Assembly: GCA_036172245.1 (NCBI GenBank)
Contig: JAYWIR010000006.1
Location: 3,224,001-3,288,000, forward strand
Source: Raillietiella orientalis
Taxonomy: Eukaryota
Direction: 5' to 3'
DNA: 64,000 nt
The notes under the pieces are model-generated. The model was not told the origin of the DNA and made no database searches. It saw nothing but the letters and a program-made list of their open reading frames with translations. Positions 47,801 to 56,600 of the stretch are shown piece by piece; position 1 is the first letter of the stretch, and every line of letters begins with the position of its first letter. The position numbers and the translations under genes are program-made.

Positions 47801-50800
47801 CAGTCCACGGCGATCCGTCTTTATTTATTTATTTATTTATTTATCCTGCGCTTGCCGTGTTTGTGTTTCGCGGGCGTGTTGCTTTCTTTGCTCTGAGATG
47901 GCTTTGCAGCGGGTGGGATTGAAATCGGGAAGAACTCGCTCTCCCTGCAGGAAGGCAGGTCCTTCCGCTCTCCCCTCTTCCTTTTTTTTTTTTTTTTCTT
48001 TTCCTTTCCAGAGATCCATCGCAACCGGGAATCCTACAAGAACCTGGACGTGAGGCCACCTTTCACGTACGCCTCGTTGATCCGGCAGGTAAGTGCGCGT
48101 GCCAGCTCGTTCCCCCCCCCCCCTACCCCCCGTTGCCATCACTACGGAGAAGCGACGGGGAGTGCGAGGGTTCCGTGGGCGGGAGTCAGTGAGATGGGCG
48201 AGAGGGGGTCGTTTCCATGCCGGTGGCAATGAATGGGGTTCGGCGTGAAACTCCAAGCGTCCGTTCTCGCGGCGATCAGGAAAGTACCCTTCCCGTGCTC
48301 GCGGCACCCGCGAAAAACGTGCGACAACTCCGCCCCCCACCCCCTGCCTCGTCTACAGTTCGGCATCCCGAATTTCCGGCCCGGGCTTTCGCCCTCCTCC
48401 CCTTCGGCACGCCCCCGCGCGGCGCGCGCGGTCTCGGTGCGGGAGAGCACGGTGCTGCCTCCCAGTGGGCCGATTTCCACTCTCGAATGGGACCTTTGCG
48501 ACCGCCGAAATGAGAAGGGGGCGCTTCCTCTAGGCGAAAACCTCACGCGCCCGGAAGCGAGCGAGCGGCTCCTCCAGGACGGGAGGGACTCTTCGGGAGT
48601 GGACGACGCCACGCCGGGGCTCATCAGTGGCGCTAGCATCGCAGATTCCCTTTCACTTTTTCCGGTGTGCTCCTCCGAGTCGCCGGACATCCGAAGGTCC
48701 GCGGGGCAGCTGTCTTTCCTGTGCTCCTTCCCTTTTTCTCCTTTCCTTCCGATCTCCCAGGGGAAAGTCCTGGAAGCGAAGCAGCGGACAATGACGATGA
48801 CGGTAATCTTGATGGAGGGGCGCTGATGATAAGGAGGGGGAGGAAGGAAGGAACGTCCCGTTGCCGGGACTGCACCCCAGCGCATGTCCCCTTCCTGCTG
48901 CGGAGCGCGCACCCTTCCTCGACCTGATTGCCGCGCGACTCTCGGGTGATTTCCCTAGGGTGATCGCGCCCACCACCGCGTACGGCGCTCACTTCTCCTG
49001 AATCCCCAAACCGCGGACACGTGATCTTCCGCTGGTGCCCACTTTCCCCGGCGAGGAGGGAAGGAAGGAAACGTCGTCTTGCGTCGTCGCCAGCTCCGCC
49101 CGGGGGTGCGAGGTGGTGGTGGTGGTGGTGGTGGTGGAGGGGGGGGACGAATGCTCGGAGGGGTGCTGCGGCCCTCCTCGTGCGCAACACCCCAGCCCAC
49201 CCACTCACACATCCGCCCGCCCGCGCGCGCGCGCGCGCTACCGGCTTCCTCCCGAGTGCGTACTCTCGGCAGTGGTCACCCGGTAAGCGGACGTTTCGTT
49301 TCCAGGCGATCATCGAGTCTGCGGACAAGCAGCTGACGCTCAACGAGATCTACAACTGGTTCACCTCCACGTTCTGCTACTTCAGAAGGAACGCGGCCAC
49401 CTGGAAGGTAGGAGGAGAGCTCCTTCCCGACGACGCGCGCACGAGGGCGCCAGCAGCAGCGACGCGCCTCCCGTGCTCCCTCGACGAAGCCAGGCGCCAT
49501 CGCCACCTCGCGAATCAGGGACAAGCTGAAAAGGGGCGGGTGGACCCTTACCCCGTCCACGATTCCTCCTCCCTTCGACCCCTCCTCCTCCTCCCTCGCG
49601 TCGTTTTTGTCAACAGCTACTCTTTGCTACCACCGATCCTCCCTGGAGCGCCAGCCGCGTTGCGTACGAGCAGCTGGTGGGCAGTCAGAATGGAGATCGA
49701 TCGCATTTTCACGCCGTCCACCGCTCGCTCCCCACCACCTTGGCCCCATCATCCAACACGGTAGAATCTTCCCTCTTTCAAGCAGCGTCGTCAATGCTCT
49801 TCCTATTCGCTTGCGTCTGTTTCTTTGGTTCTTTCCCTTCTCCCCTTCTTTCCATCCATCCCGTTAAGTGTAATCCTAAAAGTAGGGGTGCCACCACTCC
49901 AGTATCGACTTTTTGCCCGTTATTAATGACTCCTCGTGACTATCAGCCATCATCCTTGTTTGGCCTCGTACGTGGAGGCAGACGCGGTTTTCCTTCCACG
50001 TCGAAGAAGCTCCGCGTTCTATTTTTAGACGCCAGCTGTTAGCGCGGACGCTTTCCCGCTGAAGCAGCAACAGCAGTAGAGGAAGAACAAGATGAACTCC
50101 CCCTTCACTCCCCCGTCCGCGTTCTTCTTACTTGCCAACGGGACGCGCACGGGTGGCCCTTCTCCCGAGCGAACGGGAGAAGGGCAAACGGGAGGACCCC
50201 TCCTACGGGACACTCGGTCTCCTGAGCTCAGGGGGCAGGGGCTCCTTTTTCCGGCAGGCGCTCCTAGGGGGCTGACGGCGGCGGTGGGATGCTTCGGCGT
50301 TTCGACGCCGGAAGCAAGGCTGTCGCTGTGCCGCGCGGAGCTCCCCCCCCCCGCTGAGGAAGGCGGGATCTTGCGGTCCAAGGAGGAACGATCGCTCCTT
50401 TCTTTCCAGAACGCAGTGAGGCACAACCTATCTCTCCACAAATGCTTTATGCGGGTAGAAAACGTCAAAGGGGCTGTGTGGACAGTGGACGAGATGGAAT
50501 TCTACAAGCGGAGACCGCAGAGAATCGGCTCCGGGTGAGTCCCTCGTCTTTCCTCGACCGCGCTTGCTCCGAAAGTGGCTCCGCTCTTTCAAGCGCTCTG
50601 GAGGGAGGGAGGGGAGAGCGCGTCAGGAGTCGCCCTTGGTGTGTGTGTGGGGGGGGGGAGCAGCGGAAGATTACCGACGCCACTCGAGAGGGGGGACTCT
50701 TGGCAGCTCGCGAACGGTGGCTCAAGGGACGCGCGCTCCCCGAAGTCTCAGCATCCCGCGGGCAGCTAAGCTGACAGCAGGGGCAGAGGGAGACAAAAGG

Positions 50801-52021
50801 GCTGCTGCGCCCGCGGAGGCAGACAGCTTTTGTAGATCGAAGGCGTCGTCGGTTTGTTTGGGTACGCAGGTGTTGCGCGCGAGCGCGCGCGCAGGGGGGG
50901 GGGGGGGGATGTTTGGCATTAGCGAAGGTTGCGGAAGAAACACGGGGGTTTCCAGAGGCCTTCGGCGCCCGAACCCGGGACGCGAGCAAACAAACAGCGA
51001 GGCTCCAGAAGGCGCGGCCGAGACCGTCCGGCTGTTTGGAAACGGACGGCGGCGATCTGCCGGGTTGTTTGCGCGGCGGGTCTTCCGCCGCCTCGCTCCG
51101 GGTCGCGGCGCCACCGGCGGCCGCCGCCGAGTAGCGGGGTCTCGTCTTTTCGCAGGCGCTTCCCTCGGCTCGCAGGGGGGGAGGGGGGCCGCGGTGCGCT
51201 TTTTTTTTTTTTTTCCTTTTGTCTCGTCGTCGTCAAAACCAGGAAGTCCCCCCTTGGTCGCTCCGGGAGTTGCCGATCCGCACCCCACGTTTTCCTTTAC
51301 TCGTTTCCGGTCTTCCAGGGCGTCGACTTCCTCCTCCTCCCTTTCTCGCCTCGGGTCTTCTCCGGCGCGCCCTTCTGACCTGTCCCTGTTTGCTTCCAGG
51401 AACGCCGGCTCCAAGAGCCCTAACCTCAACCCCAGCCCCACCCTGTACGGGGAGGTGCTCAACGCCAGCTTGCAGGTACGTGCGCGCTCCTCCTGCCCAG
51501 CCTCCCCTGCAGCCGTTTCTTTCCCCGCCGCGTGCAGGCCGCCCTGGGCGACGGTTCGAACGCGTCCTCCTTCCTCAACAACTCGCTGCCCGCCAGCATG
51601 GACAAGCTCGACGGAAGTCCCAAGTAAGTGGAGGCCGGCGCGTGGAGCCGCAGTGGGGGCGCCGCCGGCGGGAAAAGAAAAAAAAAGGGACGCGTGTCTT
51701 CGCAGGTCCCCGAGCGACCCGATGCAGAGCCTGCCTTTGAACATGACGTCGAGCGTCGACAGCAGCCAGGAAGAGGACGCGAGCTTCAAGGAGGAGTCCT
51801 CGTGCAGGGAACACCAAGCTACGGGTTTCGGCTTCGACCAGAGGCAGCAGCAGCAGCAGCAGCTCGGCTCGCACTCCTTCCAGAACCACATGTCCTTCAA
51901 GGAGGTGCAGCGGTTCGCCGCGGCCCACATCAAGGAGGACCCGGAAGACATGATGGCCGAGGCCGAAGACCTGTCCCTGAACCTGGGTTCCCAGAAGAGC
52001 GTTTCCGTCTCGTCCGACTGA
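29272..52021 (+). CDS. FoxP: Forkhead box P transcription factor, 14 coding exons: join(29272..29379,43103..43321,43378..43636,43698..43802,43869..44040,44106..44286,44399..44624,47623..47688,48012..48088,49306..49407,50410..50534,51400..51475,51538..51623,51706..52021); 705 aa; the N-terminus may extend into upstream exons
   Basis: Spliced translation gives the FoxP hallmarks: [30 protein letters not shown] (C2H2 finger), [31 protein letters not shown] (leucine zipper), [84 protein letters not shown] (forkhead). All 13 introns have phase-compatible ends (12 GT-AG, 1 GC-AG) and the exon lengths sum to 2118 nt with no internal stop. Confidence 0.95.
31731..32195 (-). other. 154-aa ORF nested antisense in a FoxP intron, with a Myb/SANT-like motif; nested gene or retroelement remnant
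   Basis: aagATGg start context; [34 protein letters not shown] resembles the W-x2-EE-x2-LL…W…LPG(R)T pattern. Confidence 0.3.
43103..43321 (+). CDS. FoxP: FoxP exon, Q-rich region 1 (LGFYKESKK...LLFQQQQ)
   Basis: cattgcag| acceptor, CAA|gtgaat donor, 219 nt open, [17 protein letters not shown] motif. Confidence 0.9.
43378..43636 (+). CDS. FoxP: FoxP exon, Q-rich region 2 ([38 protein letters not shown]...)
   Basis: ttttctcttcag| acceptor after a 56-nt intron, ACAG|gttcgg donor (phase 1), QEQLQxNLxQQ motif of invertebrate FoxP. Confidence 0.92.
43698..43802 (+). CDS. FoxP: FoxP linker exon ([35 protein letters not shown])
   Basis: cccctctag| acceptor, GGAG|gtgagt donor, 105 nt, phase 1-1, open. 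Confidence 0.82.
43869..44040 (+). CDS. FoxP: FoxP exon, first half of C2H2 zinc finger (…[23 protein letters not shown])
   Basis: aaattcag| acceptor; conserved LYGHGVCxWPGC; ends at GC donor AG|gcacgt. Confidence 0.95.
44106..44286 (+). CDS. FoxP: FoxP exon, zinc finger histidines and leucine zipper
   Basis: gattgcag| acceptor, HMNSEH…[11 protein letters not shown]…[12 protein letters not shown]|gtttac donor. Confidence 0.95.
44399..44624 (+). CDS. FoxP: FoxP exon (MSNPNIKY…[14 protein letters not shown])
   Basis: ctaatttcag| acceptor, CCTG|gtaagt donor, PxRRRxSDK motif. Confidence 0.9.
47623..47688 (+). CDS. FoxP: FoxP 66-nt symmetric exon ([22 protein letters not shown])
   Basis: cctttgcag| acceptor, GAAG|gtaaat donor, phase 1-1, leads directly into EIHRNRE. 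Confidence 0.8.
48012..48088 (+). CDS. FoxP: FoxP forkhead exon 1 ([26 protein letters not shown])
   Basis: Long polypyrimidine tract plus ccag|, CAG|gtaagt; [12 protein letters not shown]. Confidence 0.97.
49306..49407 (+). CDS. FoxP: FoxP forkhead exon 2 ([34 protein letters not shown])
   Basis: gtttccag|, AAG|gtagga; canonical FoxP forkhead sequence. Confidence 0.97.
49617..49800 (+). repeat. Diverged dispersed repeat, copy 1 (copy 2 at ~54120-54325)
   Basis: Exact 24-mer cctctttcaagcagcgtcgtcaat at 49772-49795 and 54296-54319, with collinear weaker matches upstream. Confidence 0.75.
50410..50534 (+). CDS. FoxP: FoxP forkhead exon 3 ([42 protein letters not shown])
   Basis: tctttccag|, CGG|gtgagt; recognition-helix sequence [13 protein letters not shown]. 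Confidence 0.97.
51400..51623 (+). CDS. FoxP: Two FoxP post-forkhead exons, 51400..51475 ([25 protein letters not shown]) and 51538..51623 (AALGDGSN…DGSP)
   Basis: Splicing restores the conserved YGxxLNASLQAAL motif; GT-AG sites, phases 2-0-2. Confidence 0.92.
51706..52021 (+). CDS. FoxP: FoxP terminal coding exon (SPSDPMQ…HIKEDPED…SVSVSSD*)
   Basis: tcttcgcag| acceptor; HIKEDP matches the FoxP C-terminal (H)VKEEP SUMO-type motif; TGA at 52019-52021. Confidence 0.9.
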
Positions 52022-52411
52022 GAGGCGCCCCCGCCCGCAGCCCCCGACGTGCGCGCACGCACCCCCCGCACCCCGGAAGCGAAAGAGGGACAGGACCGGG
52101 ACGCGGGCGAGCAGGAGGGTTTGCCGATCCGGCTGCCCCCGGTTCTTCGTCTCGCCGCCGTCGGCGCATCCGCCGCTGTCCGTTCCCCCTCCTAGATCTC
52201 ATGCTCCCCCTCCTCTCCCTCCTCCTCCTCGTCCTCAAGAGAGAGAAACGGAGTTCCTCACCTCCGAAGAGCTTATCGTCAGTCGAACGCAAACCAGTGA
52301 TTCTTCGTCAACCCACGTCCTCAAGAGACAGAGACTTCTTTCGGTTATGCTGGCCCCCGGAAGCACTTTCTGGCCACCAACTGATGAATCATATTGTTAT
52401 ATTTCTTTCTT

Positions 52412-52442
<31 letters not shown>

Positions 52443-53680
52443 TCATTCTGCCATTTTCTTTTTTTGTGGGTTCCCCCCCCCCCCCTCTCTCCTTCCGTTC
52501 TTGTCTGTCGGCGCACGTTCCATGCTTTGTTTGGTGAACGTAAGAAGGCCGTAATGGTGAAACTGCCATACCTCGTCCACTAGTCCCTTTTTAGAAGGCA
52601 TAATGATTTTCCTATTTAAATGCAACGTTCCAATAGTAGATATGCTCCCCCCTCCTCCTCCTCGTCCGAAGGAAAACAAAAAAAACAAAAAAAAACAAAA
52701 AAAAATTGGAAAAAATTGGAATCGGAATATTTCTTCCTAGTCTTTGAAACTTTCAGGGAGAAGAATAGCTCGTGTGGTCGAACGCGGCTTCAATAATGAT
52801 GATGATGATGATGATGATAGGTTTTTATTTTTTTTTTTGTTTCTTTTCTTTCCTTTTCTTCTCTTTTTTTTTTTTTTTTTTTCTTTGCCGTGTTACTTTC
52901 GAGATGCAGTTCTTTCTGGAGCACGTCTGTGTGTGTACATTTCCCCCCCCCCCACACTCGGCCCCCTCCCCCCCCCCACTCCCACGCAACCCCCCTGTGG
53001 TACATTTCCTTCCCCCGCTCATCTCTTTCCTGCCCCCTCTCGCCATGGAGAGGACCATGGAACCGAATATGCATTCCGTAGCCCTGGACACTGCGCTCCA
53101 CTTTCCATGAAGCTCCCACCTCGTACCTGTCCATATCCTGTGATTATTTACGATTTGTCGGTCTTCAGGTAAAAGAAAGCGAAAAGGGGAAAGAAAGAGG
53201 GGAGAGAAAGAAGAAAAAAAAGAGAGAGAGAGAGAAAAAAAAAAAAAAAAAAAAAAAAAAAGGGAAAAAAAAGAAAAAAAGAGAAAAACATAACAAGGAA
53301 TCTATCATGGATTAATTGATTGATTGATTAACGAATGCGTTGTGTATTCCTCCGCGCCTTCCCGGTCGCAGCGAGTGGAATGAGAGAGACTCTTTGGTTC
53401 TCCAGGGCTTCTGTCTGAGTGAGTTGAACGAAAGACCAAACGTCTTCGCCGCCACGAAGATGAATTTCGAAGTAGATTAAGTATACGTTTACTTATTTCA
53501 GGGATTTTTTAAAATGTGTGTGCGTTATTTTTCTGCCCTTTTCCTCCCTTCCTTCCTTTTTTTTTTTTTTATTTATTTATTTATTTATTTTTTGATCATC
53601 TTTGTTTTGTTCGAAACAGTATTGAAATAAATTGAAATTTTGGTTGTTGTAAAAAAAAAAAAAAATAAATAAAAAAAAAA
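52022..53680 (+). other. FoxP: Putative FoxP 3' UTR ending at a poly(A)-signal cluster
   Basis: AT-rich, stop-rich sequence after the stop codon; AATAAA at 53626-53631 and 53664-53673. The true 3' end is inferred. Confidence 0.55.
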
Positions 53681-53699
53681 GCACTTGGCATTCATTCGG

Positions 53700-56600
53700 A
53701 GAGCGCCTCTCTTTGCCTCCCGCGCGGGGCTTGTCCATGACCTTGGAGGCCCGCCGCCCCCTCTCCTCCACGACCCCACTTCCATGTGGTCCATCACTCG
53801 CTGGTGCACGGGGGGGGGGGGGGAGGGTAGCCGCTCGTCGTGCTCTGCGGTTCGAGGAGGAAGTGCAGCCGCCGCCGCTGCGGGAACAGCCAGATGGCAA
53901 GACGAAGAAGGACCATGGGAAGGAGAGGTGCGCGCCGCTGTAAGAGCCGCCAGCATGAGCGCCGCCTCGTTTTCGTGGTGGTGGTGCTTCGTCGTTTTGC
54001 CTCCAGACTGCGAAGCTCTTTTCTCCTGCTCGCCCAACTCCTGTAGGAGTGAAGGGATCTGCGTCCAGAAGTCCAAGAACGACTGCTTCTGCAGCTGCCA
54101 CCCTGATGTTTGTTGGAGAGTCCTTGCTACGAAGGACCAGAGTGGTGGTGCCACCCAGGTGCCAAAACGGAGGGACGTGCAACGTCCTTCCGTCCTCGAA
54201 TTCTCGGTCCGAATTTTCATGCCCTCTAGGGTACAGGGGGGCACGATGCACGTCCCCAACGCTCCCCGTCATCTTGGTTCCTCCAAGCTTTCTTTCCTCT
54301 TTCAAGCAGCGTCGTCAATACTTCCCCGTTCGGGGTCTCATCAAGCGCACTGCTGCTGCCCCGTCTTCGGCCGGTTCTGGTCCTTCTTCAGCATCAGCGA
54401 TCTGGACCAACTGGGGATCGACTGCATACCTGGGGGAACCTGCAGTCCGAAGGCCGGTTTGGGAGACACCCACGTGCCGCTTGCCCTGAGGAGCGCCTCG
54501 AGGTACCATTCGCTTCTCCTCCTCTTCCTCTTCCTCTTCTGGTCCTTCGTCGCGTCTTCCCCGCCTCGATTTATCATCGTCGTGGCGTCCTTGCTTCCGT
54601 TCCCGCGCGGACGCAGTGCTCTTCGGGAAACTGAAATTCGGCAGTGCCCTCTTCCAGCTGCTTCCCAAGGCGTCCGCAATCTCGACTGGATCATCGCTCG
54701 CGAGCCGTGGTCACGCACCACCATGGACCGCTCTCCTCTCGGGAGCAGCCGTCCTCGGAACGCACGCGACTGCTCGTGATCCTGGAAGGCGGGGAAGAGG
54801 GGGAAGGGGCGGCCGGGTTGCCGCCCGCCCCCGGAAGACACGGCGCGGTTGCACGCCAAGGAAGGCCCGTCCGCGCGTCGTTGGCGGCGCCGCCCACGCG
54901 AGGCGCTCGAGGCTCCGGTTGACCCTGGCTGCCTTTTCGCGCGCTATGCCTCACCGGGGGTGCTGCGCTCCTTCTCGGTTGTCCGCTCCGCCTGCGGAGC
55001 GGCCGGTGGCGGCACGAAAGGCGCCGCCCTCAGCAACCGCTAGTGCGCGTTTGCGGCGGGAGCTGCTTCTTTTGGCAGGGAAACCTCGGGGGTAAACCGG
55101 AAGTTCCTCCTCCTCTTCCCCTTCCGCCGCGTTCTGGAGGGTTCCCAAGGCGCCGAGGAGGATGCAGGCGAAGGCCCGAGCAGGTGGCGCTGCGAAGTGT
55201 TGGCCGCGGCCAACGTTTCCCGCTCCCCACCCGGGCGGACGGGGGAAGCGGGTGAGGTGAGGCCGCGGTGGAAGGCCCCCAGGAGGGAAGTTGCGGGAAA
55301 GAGCTGCAACTCCCCCCTTCCCTTCCATCGCCGTGCGGACCACGCGGTGGTACCCCGCCTGACGAGTCTTCAGCGGGGAACCCGCGCGTCTCTTCCGAAT
55401 GCTCCGGCGGTGCCGCAACGAGGGGCACGGCCCGCCTCCTCGACCTCCTGGACGTGCGCGCCGGCCGTCGCTAGCTCGGCGATTTCCGCCGCAACCGCGT
55501 CGCTTTCGGTCGGTAGCGCCAAAGTCTTGCGAAAGTGCCTTCGAAAGCGGTGGCGCCTCCGGCGGCCGAGTCCAAGCAGGTCTTTCTAGGGAGGGACGCG
55601 GGTTCCGGAGCGCTCTGATCCCCCGAGGGGGAGGATGGACGAGGCGGGGCGCCCGCTAGACTCGGATGGGGAAGCGGGCGCGTCCCTTCCTTCCTTCGAG
55701 TAGCAGAAGCGCTGGCATCGGAGGGGGCTGTCACAGTGGCCTCGGGAAGGGAGGAGTCCTCACAGAGCCTCCCGGACGATCCGGGTTCGGTGCGGTCGTC
55801 GCCGGCGGCGGCGGAGCCACTGTCCAGGTAGGGTGCACGGAGGCAGCAGTAGACTGCAGGAATTTAGCGGCGGGCGCTTTCTCGGACCTCAACCCTCCCC
55901 GCCTCTCGGGGAGGGGGGTTCCGTCTCCGGGAGGACGTAGGTCCCTATTGAGCCTCCCTCCTGTCTCCCCTCAACGACTCCCGGGAAGAGGGCAGCGTGG
56001 GGGAGGTTCGTCGTCAGCGACCGGCGGCTACTCCGCCTTCCTCCTCTTCGTCCGTGACTCCCTGCGGAGGGCCCGCATCCGGGGACAGACCTTAGGGCTG
56101 CAGGGAAGGAGCAGCGCGCCGGCCTCTCAAGTGTGCCGTGCGCAGACGGCTCGAGGCGGGGGGAGGGGGTGAGGGCGAGGAAGTAGACCTGCGCATTCCT
56201 TTAGCAGGAGAGATCGCGGTCCGAAAGGCTCTTGGCAGACGAGTGGCTCGCAAAGCGCGGGACTTTGGATAGCGCAGGAGGAGTGCGTGGGGAAGAAGAG
56301 GAATCGGGACGAAGAAGAGGAGTGGATAGGGAGGAGGAACGGGGGTAAAGTAGAGTCGGCAGTGGGGTAAAGGAAGATAAGGAATGGGCGCCGCGTTCTC
56401 TGGGTAACGAACGTAACGAACACGGAGACCGTGATGGTCCAGAGCTCCCGTGCCTCCTCGCTGTCTCCACGCTCTCTTTCTTATCCCTCGGCGGCTCCTC
56501 CAGAACTTCCCCTCCCCATCCGTGTGCGTGTTCCGCCCAGAGCGGAACGCATAAAAGCCGGGGGTGCAGTTCTGGCCCCTTGGTGGCGCCCCGGAGCCGC

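Noticed and set aside
53387..53445. miR-9-like sequence TCTTTGGTTCTCCAG with a downstream ACCAAA
   Set aside because: The hairpin is poorly paired, there is no miR-79-type TAAAGCTAG 3' arm, and TCTTTGGTTCT recurs at ~49822 in pyrimidine-rich sequence
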